A stretch of DNA of 60,538 bases, filler included, from Sphacelaria rigidula (GCA_964200075.2; 9 parts of 9 records of this genome joined end to end with filler, not necessarily neighbours in it), one strand, 5' to 3'. Positions 11,668 through 24,222 are shown, counted from the whole stretch's first letter. Notes: generated by a model not told the origin, from the letters alone. A program made the numbers and translations.

Positions 11668-12117
11668 CAGGGCGTACACGGCATATCTCCACCAAGGGAG
11701 ACCAAGAGATCTCCGCCTCACCAGCATCGGTCCCACAAAAGAAATTGTGATCAAACTGTAGTTGATGAAATTCACGAAAGACGGTAGGTTCACTCCGCGA
11801 TCGTCCAAGCTCGCGGCGCTCATGGACATGAGCGCTATGAGCACCGACAGCACTTGCCCCAGCGCAACGCTATGCCACATCCTGCGTCTTCTCCGCATCT
11901 CCGCATCGCTTCCTGCCGTGCCCGCTGCACCAGCATCACTTCTGCCTTCCTCCGGTTCCTTGCATACCGACGTCTGGGGTACTATTCCCTTAGTTGTGAG
12001 CCATGCAGACGCAAGCCCTGCAGGTTGACCGACGACATCGTCCATGTGACTGGCGACTACTGGGACTATCTGCGATTGTACGGGATGACCTCCTCGTGCT
12101 TGATCGGCGATGAGCTC
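11668..12117 (-). CDS. N-terminal exon of an SLC35F1/F2-like (DUF914) drug/metabolite-transporter family protein
   Basis: VALGQVLSVLIALMSMSAASL..GVNLPSFVNFINYSLI...LPWWRYAVYAL matches the SLC35F N-terminus (LGQxLS..., PxxxxFxNY, WWxY); CAG acceptor 12120-12118, GTGAGA donor 11667; first ATG at 12045; next exon not found in this contig. Confidence 0.8.
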
Positions 12118-13476
12118 CTGTTGTGCTGTCGTTCCAAATTTCACGGTCGGACGGCTGGATATTTGCTGTTTGCCGTACTGCTGTACCTACCGACTGTTGT
12201 ACCTACTGTCTGGACTACTGTGGCAAAGTAAGTAACTACCTGGTCTCAGTGTATCCAATAGAGTTGAAGGTCCGCCCACCCGCTCCTCTGATTTATTGCG
12301 TGTCAACGCTTTATGGCAGCCTCGGAGCCCAGCCAGAGGTGTGGTGGTAATCTTTGAGGCTGATGAAGAGTTAGTCCCGATGGTCGATACGCGATGTTGT
12401 ATCAATTGTCTATTTTGGGGGGGGAGGATTTCCAGCGATCGCCGTGCGTGGTGAGTTGTGACGGTGAAGATGATGTGTAGGTATCTTGTGCTCTGGTTGT
12501 TTGGGCGGTAGATCGTTTGATTGGTAGTTCTGAATTTGAGGCGGGATGACTTCGTAGAGTTTTCGAAAAAACAGAGCGGAGCCAAAAATACAAAAATTAT
12601 TTTCGTGGCGGGAGAGCGGGAGAGCGGGAGAACATGCATGAGATCATGAGATATACTGCTATCGGTGATTATTTTTTCATCCTTTTGTGATCATTCATGG
12701 TTGGTTGAACTACTACTCATACGTGACGTCAAATGATCGCGGGTGTGAGAATTGCAATTCATGGTGCATGTGAAGGTAGAAAGTTGGACAAGAGAGGGGA
12801 AGAGGGGAAGAAGTCCGGAATAACATTGCAAGGTACTGCAGCAGACGATATCTACGCTGGAGGAAGGGTGGGTTGTTGCGTGGACTGTTCATGCTGGAAA
12901 GGTGGACGTTCGACGTGTTTGCTGATCAGAAGCACGACGGCGAAAGGTTGGAGGGCGGCACAATAGACAGACAGTCGAGCAGTACAATCTCCTGTACTTA
13001 TACTCACAGAACAGAACCGGATCAGAGCGGGCAACTCCTACAGCCTTCAGCCAAAAGCGCACAGGACAACGCCCTAGGCACCCCCGACGAGTGAAAACGG
13101 GTGAAGAATCGGTTGCTGAGTCGATTTAGCTCACCTCTTCCTCCTGGTCCGATAGGGATGCCAGCTGGTGCCGATGTCCGCCGAGGAAACTGACGGTAAG
13201 GAACACCATGTATACGCTACAAGTACTCGATTCGTACGGAGTGTGTTTCAGGTGGTGAAAAGAGTGAGTTCGTGTCGTGGCGATTATTCGTTTCATATCC
13301 TGAGATGGCAAATCCCATGTTTTCATGGTTGATTATAGGACACTCTGAACAGAATCTGTTTTTGCTGATAGCGGTANNNNNNNNNNNNNNNNNNNNNNNN
13401 NNNNNNNNNNNNNNNNNNNNTTAATTAATTAANNNNNNNNNNNNNNNNNNNNNNNNNNNNNNNNNNNNNNNNNNNN

Positions 13477-13532
13477 TTGCCTTAGTCGTTTGACCATTGA
13501 CCACGCATCCCTTTCGAGACGGAGCACCGCCT
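13477..13532 (-). mobile_element. C-tract-associated retroposon, subfamily A (3' end cut by gap)
   Basis: TTGCCTTAGTCGTTTGACCATTGACCACGCATCCCTTTCGAGACGGAGCACCGCC, with a G13 tract nearby. Confidence 0.8.
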
Positions 13533-14550
13533 GATTTTTTTTTTGGGGGGGGGGGGGTTCGTAGAAAATGTCTGGTGCAATCGTCTCCCCGGTCATCATC
13601 GTTCCGGGAACTCCTTCGAAAACATCAACGACAGTCAGAGAGTGTACCAACCACTGTATCAACCAGGTTCGTCGCTGGATGTAACGTGTCCCTTCTTGAC
13701 GGGAGATTTTCTTATTTCCTTGCCCGACGGCTCATCGTACCGGCGAGGCTCTCTATCCTGACAGGACTGCTTTGTTGAGGAGCATGCGATATAACTGAAG
13801 CCCGCTCTTGCTTTCCATCGACAGCAGTTCGCATAGGCGCGACGAGAGGATCTAAGCTCAAAGGGAAAATGCTGGCACATGAAACAAAAAATACGTGGAT
13901 CAATTACATTTACATAAACGCCAATAACATCTATAAACCCTCGGCACACGCTAAGACTCCGTATTATTCAGATAGCAGTAGTGCAGTATTGCTCGATGCC
14001 ACCAACGCCTACACATATAAAACAAAATTCCTCGACTCGCGGCTGACAGCGTCCAGCAGCAAGACTCACGGACGTCGTGGGGTCGGTGGACACCAAAAAG
14101 CCAAGAAAACGTGCGCCACGACGCCTGTTTCCCTGCACTACCGGTACGCTGCGAACAACTGCCCCGTCTGCAAATACTTGCCTCCGCCTCATGATCACGG
14201 CTGCCGCCCAACCGCTGACATCCGTCTATAGCACCCGGCATATCCCCTCCTCTGCCGTCACCAGGACTATGGTCACCGCTGGAAAAGCCATGGAAGCGAG
14301 TTTATTCAGTTCACGTGTGTCCTTATCCGCCGCGAACAGCACCATAGCAACCGCCGTCGGCCTGTGGATATTGGGACCGCTAGTCCTCTGCCTGAGCCCT
14401 CCTTGTCCTGGTTCTCGCCCTCGACCTCATTTTCCACCGCCGCTGCAGCCACTGCCGCCACGGGGAGTATTCATGCGGAAGCCCTCGCGATTCTTGACTG
14501 TCGTTGGGAGAGTACTCTGTGTCGTGCACCAGCACAACCTAGCGCTGAGG

Positions 14551-15981
14551 TCATATATGCTCCTGTTGCTGCCGCCGCCGCCTCCTCCGCTTGGAAATCG
14601 CTGCCATCATGGCTGTATTGATGCCATCCACATGCGTCTCATCGATCGAAGTAAAAGCAGACGACGAAGAAATCAATGAAGGAATCGTGCTGCCTCTCCC
14701 CTCGACGCCAGCCTCGGCCTTCGCTGATGGTCTCAGTGCCGCTTCCACCGCCTCGCGCTCTGCGCGCTTCCTGGCCTTAGCCTCTCGTTTCTCTCGTCGC
14801 GTCCACTTCCCCTGGAATTTAGCGGTCGCGAGCTTCCGGAAACCATTGCACAAGCGCGTCTCCATCCCCACGAAGCGTGCTTCGTACGACTCCATCTTCG
14901 CTAGCACGTTGCGCTGGACCGCGTCCAGGCCGGCCTGGAACTTCTCCACGACTGTGGCCATAGCCGACCCCACTTGACTCTTCACCTGATCCTTCAGAGT
15001 CGACAGCATCCTGGTCTTCCCCTCGAGCTGCGACTGAAGCGCGACACACTCGGATGCCGACGTCTCAACCTGCTCCTCAAGGCAAGATATCTTGTCCTCT
15101 CGTGCCTTGATCTGGGTTTGCGCCGCACGGAGGTACTCGAGCGAGGCCTTGACTTGCCGCGATACCTCGTCGGCCGCAGCGGTGCCCAACTTCGCCGCAG
15201 CCCACGCGCTGGCCAACTCGGCCCTCATGGATTCGGTGTTCGCCGTGCTGGCAGCCAGCTGCTTAGACAGCTGCTGTAGCTGCTCTCGCTCTCCGTCGCG
15301 GATCAACAGCTTCTCCTGAAGTCGAGTGTGGGCTCGGATTGTCGTCGCGTGCTCCGCCTTCGAGATAGCGAGGGCCTCTTCCAGATTCTCCACCGCGACA
15401 TCCATCTTATCCATTTGGGATAGCAAACATTGGTGCTTTCCCTGCATGGATTGGAGTTTTGCCTCACACTCCACTTGCTTTTCGACGACAGCGGTCAGGC
15501 GCGACACTTTCTCCTCGAGTTCGACGACGTTCGCGTGCTCCTCCACCGACACCGCCTGCTGACGCTTCAGCTCTTGCGTGAGTCGAACCATCTCTCCGGT
15601 CGCCACGACTGCCGACGTCTCAGCTCGATTCTTTGCGGCAGCAGCCGACGCGTGGGCCCGCAACGCCGCGTGCATCATGGAATCCCTCTGCCTTACGCGC
15701 TCGGTAAGCACACAGATGCCCGCGTCCCTTTCGGCGAACATGTTCGCGGCCAGCGCCCTCGCAGTCTCCACCAGTGTCCCCACGTCCTCATGTACCTTGA
15801 CGCTGCGGGCGCGCAGTCGCGCCACCTTCTTGTCTTTTTCCCTACATGCGGTCTCGAGGGAGGCAACTGTGGCCTTCAGGGAAACCATGACCTCACTCTC
15901 GCGAGTGGTGGCGGCCGCCTGATCCGCCATATGCGCCGCCCCGCCCTTGTCTCCAGCGAGTTGGGCCTCCGCCGCGAACAT
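14551..15981 (-). CDS. Long coiled-coil protein exon (476 aa open), possibly pseudogenised
   Basis: Heptad-like E/K/Q/L/A-rich sequence; in-frame TAA just upstream inside continuing helical sequence (NMLSKVQGKLRQVM*DMFAAEAQ); coding-like sequence continues downstream only with frame changes. Confidence 0.7.
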   Translation of the reverse strand: MFAAEAQLAGDKGGAAHMADQAAATTRESEVMVSLKATVASLETACREKDKKVARLRARSVKVHEDVGTLVETARALAANMFAERDAGICVLTERVRQRDSMMHAALRAHASAAAAKNRAETSAVVATGEMVRLTQELKRQQAVSVEEHANVVELEEKVSRLTAVVEKQVECEAKLQSMQGKHQCLLSQMDKMDVAVENLEEALAISKAEHATTIRAHTRLQEKLLIRDGEREQLQQLSKQLAASTANTESMRAELASAWAAAKLGTAAADEVSRQVKASLEYLRAAQTQIKAREDKISCLEEQVETSASECVALQSQLEGKTRMLSTLKDQVKSQVGSAMATVVEKFQAGLDAVQRNVLAKMESYEARFVGMETRLCNGFRKLATAKFQGKWTRREKREAKARKRAEREAVEAALRPSAKAEAGVEGRGSTIPSLISSSSAFTSIDETHVDGINTAMMAAISKRRRRRRQQQEHI

Positions 15982-17555
15982 ATCTTACATCACCTGGCGC
16001 AATTTTCCCTGCACTTTCGAGAGCATGTTCCGATAGAAGCAAGTGCGGCAATGCACGCAAAAACGGTATGTGGGGGGGGGAAGGGTAAGGTCGGGGTGAA
16101 GTCATCAGCGAGAGGTACCTGTAGCACACTCAGGCACGGCGGCAGTGTGACGTGACGTTCCAGTACAGTAATATCCGCAGCATTTTACAGCGAGTATGGC
16201 AGCGCCGGAGGACTCTGTGATCGCGCGACACGAGCGTGATGTAAACGTGAGAATCGAGAGCAAACCGACTTCACCCTCATGAGGATCATATTACAGCGAA
16301 ACACAACGCGTCAACGCAAGAAAGCACAACAACTCTCAGTGGACTCATCAGTCTCCATATCTTTCGGCAGCCGTCGTAGGCGGCCCTCATTCCCTCTGCC
16401 GAACCGTCGGAGTGACTCCCGGCAGGCGCCCCACAGGAGGGAATCTGGGGAGGTGTTGCGCCATGTAGCATCACTTTTCAGCCTATGCTTTACCGTTCGT
16501 CTACTGGAGACAGGTGTTCGCGATGCTGTGAGCGCTCACGTCTCAAGCACGCGTTTTACATCTCTTAAACGTCCTGAACATCACGCGACTTCGGGGCCAA
16601 AATACGCAAAGTCTTCATTGACCTGAGTTTCTTCTGACACCGCCGCTTTGGTTTCAGTAGCAGCTCGGGATCTTTGTAGGGCATCAAAAATAAACACCCG
16701 TTCGATTGCTGTACAGGACGACATGCCAGCCACACCATCCTACCATCCTGTATGTTTCCGATCGATATGAGCCTTGAAAGAGATATCTCCCCAGTATCCT
16801 CGAATATCGCAGATCGCTCCTCATGGGTACAAGAGAAAACACCTTCGACAAAATGAACTTTCTCGCGAATCGGCACCGATCTTGGTCCTGGAAAGAATTG
16901 AGCCACCTCCGGAAGACTTGCCGCGTTCTCCGACACGAATCCAGCACCCTTTGCCCATTTTTTGCATGCGCACTTCGACTTTTGGCCGGACAAATAACCC
17001 ATACAAGCTAAACCTCCCTCAAAGTTCTCCCAAAGGACAGATGAAAAAAATCACGGAAATACAATACTTCTTGGCTTGTACGACGAGTCCATCGTCCGGC
17101 CAAAAGTCAAGGTGGGCATGCAGAAGATCGGCAAAGTGCGCTGGAATCCTCTCAGGGGGTACGGCGAGTCCTTTCCGAGGTGGCAATTGCGTGTGTGTGT
17201 GTGTGTGTGTGTATGTGCTTAGTCTGCGTTTTGAGGATCATTTGACTGACCTGCTCTCGCTTGTTCTCAGCTTGACCCTCGACACCCGCACTTGAAAGCA
17301 AGCTGAACAAATATCTGTTAGGTGCAGTCAGGAACGAACAACAATTTCCACAAACCCCAGAAGAAACACGAAAAGCGCGTATATCTTTCCGGTTACTGGG
17401 CGGCGGATCCGGGCACTGGGCGGACTCGACCAGCTGAGGTCTCAAAAAAAACGATGAAGCTATTCATGTGTCGGACAGCTCGTGAACTAGCTCATTCTCG
17501 GGCTGTAGCTCACTTGTGGTCAAAAATTTACATATGAGCCACGCTCGATACGCTC

Positions 17556-18060
17556 GATAGCTCACCCAAGGCAAGCATGCGCTGATGAGCTACTGGTTGG
17601 TGGCTCGCCCAGGACAAACATGCGTAGCTCATGTACAGTAGCTTTCATTGCTCACCCAGGGTGAATATGCGCTGATGAGCTACGGGTTTGTAGCTCGCCC
17701 AGGGCAAACACACGTAGCTCATGTAGCTCTCACAGCACCCCGGGTGAAAATGCAATGATTAACTACGGATTGGTAGCTCACCTGGGGCGAACATAGCACC
17801 CAGGGTGAAATGCGCTGATGAGCTACGGGTTGGTAGCTCACTCCGGGCAAAGGTACGTGGCTCATGTTAGTTTCATAGTTCACCCGGATCAATCATGCTC
17901 CGATGAGCTTCACTCTATAGCTCGCCCAAGGAAAACATGCGTAGCTCATGTAGCACTCATAGCTCCCTCAGGGCAAACATGCGTAGCTCATGAAGCTCTC
18001 ATAGCTCGGAAGGGAACTACGCTAAAAAAGAGCGAGCTCGAGCTACAGGGAGCTCATCTA
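17556..18060. repeat. ~42-bp diverged tandem array (GCTCACCCAGGGCAAACATGCG-TAGCTCATGTAGCTCTCATA / -CTGATGAGCTACGGGTTGGTA), probably a subterminal array of a DNA transposon
   Basis: About 11 units alternating two variants; terminal sequence ...GAGCTA..GGG.GCT.ATCTA also ends the array at 28497-28956. Confidence 0.8.
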
Positions 18061-18125
18061 TCTGACGTGTGGAGCTATTCCATTTTTGCCTTCCGGTCGC
18101 GCGCGAAGAATTTTTTTAAAGACTT

Positions 18126-18285
18126 GGGGCCACCGGAAAACGCGAAGATCTTGCAACCGTCTCAACGAGTAGAGAAAATCATCCCGAGGTGTCAAAATCC
18201 GTCTTGCTCTCTAAAAGTGTGAAACGGCGAAGGACCAGAAAAGCATTCTTGCGGATGGTTTTTTTGTTTGTCATAAGGACCGGCC
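18126..18285. mobile_element. Right arm only of a family F fold-back MITE
   Basis: GGCCACCGGAAAACGCGAAGATC..AACCGTCTCAACGAGTAGAG..TCATCCCGAGGTGTCAAA matches the right arms of the other copies. Confidence 0.7.
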
Positions 18286-18929
18286 TGGCAGTACCACGGA
18301 TCGATGGATCAGACCATAAAAAGTATAATGGCTTGGAGCGGTGAGCCAGAGACTTCGTTTGGACCACACCATGAGATCTACGGGGATGATCTCGATGAAC
18401 TAGGCGCGTCGATGTGAACCAGCCCCTGTCTCCTCTTAGAAAGTATGTCGATTCCTCATCGCACAAGTTTCTTGTTGCTGGTGCTAGGCCCGTTTTTGTC
18501 GGAACTATTTTTTTTCGGGGACCTCTGAATTGTTGGACTTTTCGGACTCTGCATTCAGACTTCTTGGAAAACGAGGTGGCTTGATGTTTCGCCGAATCTT
18601 TATTTTTGAAGAAATCCAGAAAATTCGGAGAGCAACGAAGACTTCGGAGAACTGCCCCGTGTGTACGCCGTGGCACTCGCAAGCGTTCGAGAGCCATCAG
18701 GCACCTTGCCAGTGGCTCCCTGGGCCATGTCGGAGGGTAAAAGGCGTCGTGGGTTGGCGGGAGTGGCGTTCTCAGGTCGGCGAAGGCAAGCGAACGACCA
18801 GATCAGCACTGCGTCCTTGATGAGATATCTAACAGCAACTGCAGAACTCGATGAAAATGGGCCGTTTGGAGCACTCCACAATTCCAGGACTTTTCCGAAA
18901 AAACGTCTCTTCGATAATGATGCGCCTCG

Positions 18930-19389
18930 GGCCGCTTCTTGTGGGAAAAAAAACAACAAGAAACTGTCGAAGAACCCGCTTCGTCCTTTAGAGCCGCTTA
19001 ACGCCATCAAAGAAGGCGAGGCCGATTTTGACACCTTGGAATGACTTCTTCTGCTCTTTGAGACTGTTTCTGAACACCTTTTAGTTTTCTGGTGGCCGTA
19101 ATTCTTTTGTACCAAACTTACATTTTTGTCCAAGGACGGTCAAGTCCAGAAAAATCTGGCAGTTTCCTTTCTATATCTGACCGTCCTTGGACAAAAATGC
19201 AAGTTTGGTCAAGAGGAGCTGCGGCCACCAGAAAAACGCAAAGTTGTCCTGGAACCGTCTCAACGAGTAGAGCGAGTCATTCCAAGGTGTCGATATCCAC
19301 CTAGCCCTCTTTCAGGGCGCAAAACGACGCAGAACGACCGAAAAGGCAGTTATACAATACTTTCGTCCTGTTTGTCATGAGAAGCGGCC
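18930..19389. mobile_element. Complete family F fold-back MITE
   Basis: Termini GGCCGCTTCT...AGAAGCGGCC; long imperfect inverted arms; flanks TCG/TCA. Confidence 0.8.
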
Positions 19390-19791
19390 TCACAGGCTGG
19401 TTCAGGGAAAATGCCCAAAATATTTTCCCCGCTAGATACAGAACTTAAAACTGACCCGATATAAGCATATTTGGAATCATATTGACCCCTACGAGCCAGC
19501 GAACAGTGCGGCATGGCCAGAATTTTCTGCGTGCTTCAGTGTAGCGCCAGGAGCGACAGTATTTCTCGGCCAATCAGGGGCCTTCAAATCGTTGTGGAAT
19601 TTTAAAATGCGAGTTCCCGACACAATTTCTACCTAATCTAACCATGAATCAAGCCGTAGTGGCTGCTTTTAGGTCGGATGTTATGGTACACAATTTTTTG
19701 GCCCACGGATTGTTCACTCTTGGGACGTGTGACCCACCTCTTGACCTCCAAACAGAGAAAACCGCCAACACACGTCTCGGACACTTTGCAT

Positions 19792-20114
19792 CACCCCACA
19801 GAGAGGAGCCTAGTCTACTTGTCAGATTTGCTTGGCTCCGAGGTTTCAAGATTGGCCGCTGAACAAAAATTCGTGCGCAAATATATGTGCTTGTCGATCC
19901 CCGCCACTTTGGCCAGGTTTCGAGATTGGCCGCTGAACAAAAATTCGTGCGCAAAAATATGTGCTTGCCGACCCCCGCCAGATTGCCCAACTTGCAAACT
20001 GGCGGGGGCCGGCAAGCACATATATTTGCGCACGAGGTTTTGTTCAGCGGCCAATTTCGAAACCTCGAAGCCAAGCAAATCTGAAAAGCAGACTAGGCTC
20101 TCCTCTGTGGGGTG
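19792..20114. mobile_element. Hairpin MITE with long inverted arms and an internal ~65-bp tandem duplication in the left arm
   Basis: CACCCCACAGAGAGGAGCCTAGTCT... vs ...AGACTAGGCTCTCCTCTGTGGGGTG; right end runs into the gap. Confidence 0.8.
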
Positions 20115-21495
20115 NNNNNNNNNNNNNNNNNNNNNNNNNNNNNNNNNNNNNNNNNNNNTTAATTAATTAANNNNNNNNNNNNNNNNNNNNNNNNNNNNNN
20201 NNNNNNNNNNNNNNCGCCCCCCTGGCGTCCGACCCCACCTCACAAACACTTGAACACAAAAACACCCGCCCCCCCCCCCCCCCATCCCCCCCAGCCCCTC
20301 ATCTACAGTTAGAAACAGAACGAGGATTCTTTCATTCATTTCCAAATAGTATCCTTCGCGGGGGTTTTTGTTGTCGTCATGCCAACGATGACGGCAATCC
20401 GTTTGGCGGCACTCCACAGAACAGCCTTTTGCCTGTAATGCAGGTAGAAATAGATGAGATCTTGACGTCGCCGCGCGTCCTTGAACAACTCCGCCGCCTT
20501 TCCGTCCCCCAGGTACCATTTGTGCACGTTCTCGGCTGTAGTGACCCAATCGTGTGAGTGTTTGTCTTTACAAAAACTTCATCCAGAATGTTCCATGAAG
20601 GTTATATCGGAAGCGCTGGGCACGAGTGTTGGATGTCGAACCACTTATCACTTCGATACGATATCGACAATTTTCGATGAATTCCGGTGAAAACAACCGA
20701 TCATCAAAATTGAGGATGGAACTTTCTACTGAAGATGATATCCCGGAAAATCAAAATCTTCGTATTTTCCGCACTAAATGTTCGAAATATGGTTATACTC
20801 CTTCACCTCCTGGTAGCCATTGACAAACTACTACACGCCCTACAAATTTGAATTTCGATAAACCGAAATGGTGGGGTCCTAGGTGAAGAAACGATTCTGA
20901 GGAAATCAGGCGGTCCTATGACAAGCTCCTTGCTCGATTTCAATGATTGGCTTTTCGAAGCCGAGTCCGCTCGCTGTGCGAGCCCCAAACACCGCCCCCT
21001 CCCACCCCCAGCTGGCGAGAGGGTCTCGCGGGAGGCGGAGCCGGAGGCACGAAAAATGAGCTATTTGACTTCTAGCAATTCGCTGCCCCGTGAAGCATTT
21101 ATAGCTCACATAAATTTCTTGCTGGGTGAAAAGTGATTGTTTTTGGTAAAACATTCCACGCTATTTTCGTTGCACTAAACGCCCAAGGGAGGGTGTTCAT
21201 ATTCTTGGTTCTTTATGCAACAACAATATCCTTCAGGATGATTTGGTTCCAAATATCTAGGAATAGAATACTTGTGTGAAATGGTATTTGATATGAAGTA
21301 TTAGGTAGAACTGTCTTCCTGAATACAAGTGCGAGTAGACTGATATAATCATATATAGATATGCTGGATGGACGGTGCATATGGTCCCCCACCAGCTTAC
21401 TTCTTTGTTCCCCCATCTTCACCCTACATTGTCAGGCGACCGTCCTCGGGTAATGAACAAAGGCTGCCCGCGGTAGACCTCAAATATCGAATATA

Positions 21496-21868
21496 CTTTG
21501 ACACCTTGGAATGACTTGCTCTACTCATTGAGGCGGTTCCAGGATATCTTCGCGTTTTCCGGTGGTCGTAGTGTTTATTTTGGCCAAACTTGCATTCTTG
21601 TGCAGAGACGGTCAAGTCCGGGAAAAAATGCCTTTTTTCCTAGTTTCAACCGTTTTCACCGTTCTTGGATAGAAACGCGAATTTGGCCAAAATAAAAACT
21701 GCGGCCACCGGACGACGAGAGGATATCCGGGAACCGTCTCAGCGGGTAGAGCAAGTCATTCCGAGGTGTCGAACTTCGCCTTGCTCTCTTTAGGGCGTAA
21801 AACGACGAAGAAGGGCCAACAAAAAGCATCTTCACGGGGCTTTTCTTGTTTGCTTCAAGGAACCACCT
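21496..21868. mobile_element. Left-truncated family F fold-back MITE
   Basis: TTTGACACCTTGGAATGACTTGCTCTACTC...GTAGAGCAAGTCATTCCGAGGTGTCGAA inverted arms. Confidence 0.75.
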
Positions 21869-23009
21869 GACAAGGGATTCTGAAAAATGGGCACGAACGG
21901 AGGTCAAAGTTGTTCGGAAAAACACGGCAGTTGACGGAATTTGACGGATAAATTGCTGTTTTTCTTCAAGTGAGCGAGGCCACGAATCGTGGCCGGAGAA
22001 TACATTTGTATTTTCCCCCAAAGTACTTCGATGATCGCTTGTGAACGTTCCCGAGGCAGATCCTTGAAAAAAAAAATCCGCAGTTTGTGAAAATCCGTGT
22101 TATAAAAGGAATAACGAGCACATGCTACCGCGTGTGTCCTCCCATTTTGAGCAGATTAAGGAAAAATGTCAAAAGAGGGCATGAAGGCACCCTCAGCAGC
22201 TCTAGATGAGATTGAGTACGAGTGTGCAGTTATGATGCCCATCATCTTGGCGTTCAAAGTAAAGTACACGGTTTCAAACATATTACTACGCAAACCCGGA
22301 GACATGAAATGGAAAATTGGGCGCGCAAAAAAATAATACGAATGGAACGAGAAGTCGATGGGGAAAGGACGAGAAGCAAAGTTGGTATATATTAACGAGT
22401 AGAGGTGTGAGTTGTTTTATATCATCCCAAAGTAGCATGACCAACGAGCAGAAGTGATTCCTTGAGGTATATGATTGCTCGAAGTGAGGAGCAGGATACG
22501 ACAACACGAAAAGCACAATGGATAAGAGCCTAACAATTACACCTCACCAGCTGTATGATGAGTATAATCACTCATAAATCGGGTAAAGAGGTAGCATTTA
22601 TCGTATCGTATCGTATCGAAATTATAGTTGTCGCTATCGTAATCGTTTTATCAAAACGTTTTCGATATGACAACGATAACGATATTTCAAAACCAGGAGA
22701 GACGGTTTGATACCTTGAGACCACGGACTCGTCCCGAGAAAGGGGAGGGGTTCAAAGTACGATAAACGATCAAAACAAAATACTAGTAAAAATGATATAT
22801 AAGTAAATAACACGATACGTGAAAAATTCGATGCGATATCCAACACTACTTGGCACATATAGATCACATGTTCTGGGGGGTGCCTGGCATCACTGCTCAG
22901 AAAGGGTATGCACACCGAAACTGGGAGCTAATACATACGAAGCACCCAGAATACTCCATGCTACGTACGGGGCGCAACATAGGCACAGTATATGGGCTAA
23001 GTGCCTCAC

Positions 23010-24222
23010 CTGGCGATAGTATTCCCGACGGTTGATTTTAGCTGCCGCGTCTAGGGCCCCTGCCGACACGCGCTTCACCTCTTCTACAACCATATCCATT
23101 GATGCGAGCAAGAGCGGCCGAGCACTGCAGGTAGGCGACAGTTGTAGCTGTGCCGAACATTTCAAGGGGAATCAGCGGAGGTTGTGGGCAAACGGAGGTT
23201 GGGGTCTTCACCTCTTCTTGTGCCGCAGGAAGGGCCTGAAAATGTGTCCCTAACGGAGAGGAGCCCCTAACCTACCCCAAAGCCAGTAATCAATTCATGG
23301 CTGGGGGTAGGGCTAAGCTTCGGGATAATGGCGCTTTTTGTGGTAATCATCGGTACACTTAGCGACGCAACGGAAAGCTTCCGACGCTTACCTGGAAGTA
23401 TCTGAGGGCGTCTGTGTTGGGCCTGATGAGAAGTAGGTAGGATCTCTCAAAGCCAGAAGCTAACCCTTCCGCCCCCTCTATGGCCTCTGCCACGTGCGAG
23501 TGACTGAAGTTCATGTGTATCTGAAACGCGCACGTGCCCGCTCCCGTAGTGATCCTGTACTTTGGTTCGCGTGAAATTTGATGCAATATTGTGTGTCGCT
23601 AACCGCAGACAGCAAAAACCCGCAGATGCTCGGCGCATAGAGTATGGGATACTGGCAGCTCCGATTCGGTACACACGATACACTTAAAACACGAGGACGC
23701 GCAACATGGGAACATGATCGCACCAGGCTTATCGCATAACTTATTCATCAACAACATCATGAGGCAGAAGGTACGACGCCCTTCCCTGTGCTACGAAAGC
23801 CACCAGCATCTTCACGAGCCGTCGTTTCAAGAAAGCTGCCGTGTTGTCGAAAAGCGTTCATTAATGCATTTGACAATATCTGCTGCTTCAAATACAATCT
23901 CCTCAACGGACCAGTAGTTCCTTGATTACTTCTTCGATGAGAAATTCCCCCCCTTGATACCCCCAGTAGGGTAGGGTCGATCCTGGTCGTATGACCCCTG
24001 GGCTTCAAGCCCCAGCTCAAATTGATGTCGTAACAGCAGGAGGAGTGAGTAAGCAATTGCTACCCCCTTGCACCCGAGTTTCTGCGGCTGCTTCACTCAC
24101 GCTAGCTGTGTGGATAGTTATGGCGAGGCAATCACGAGAACTCAGCACTCACACAACATCAGCCTTCAACGTGTCCGAGACGCGGAGGCCTCTCGTCGCT
24201 GCACGAAGCTCTCTTTCAATGG
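23010..24222 (-). CDS. Multi-exon gene fragment of unknown function (exons 24222-24153, 23554-23392, 23249-23212, 23124-23010)
   Basis: All four have AG/GT boundaries (donors GTGAGT, GTAAGC, GTGAAG, GTGAGG) and join in phase: IERELRAATRGLRVSDTLKADVV-ITTGAGTCAFQIHMNF...DALRYFQ-GHIFRPFLRHKKS-ARPLLLASMDMVVEEVKRVSAGALDAAAKINRREYYRQ; a further candidate exon lies at 20535-20336. Confidence 0.6.

Noticed and set aside
12890..13189. Two possible terminal exons of a gene upstream of the SLC35F-like gene
   Set aside because: Too short to distinguish from chance splice signals
14591..16155. Plus-strand ORFs up to 241 aa
   Set aside because: Antisense shadows of the coiled-coil ORF; likewise for ORFs opposite the copia and RTE coding regions
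17580..17845. CTGATGA followed by a GCTAC/GTAGC stem in the 42-bp array, resembling a hammerhead ribozyme core
   Set aside because: The stem is followed by TC(A/G)C, not the required GAAA, in every unit, and no stem III with an NUH site could be built
17556..18060. Possible CRISPR array
   Set aside because: Units are degenerate tandem repeats without unique spacers, there are no cas genes, and the context is eukaryotic
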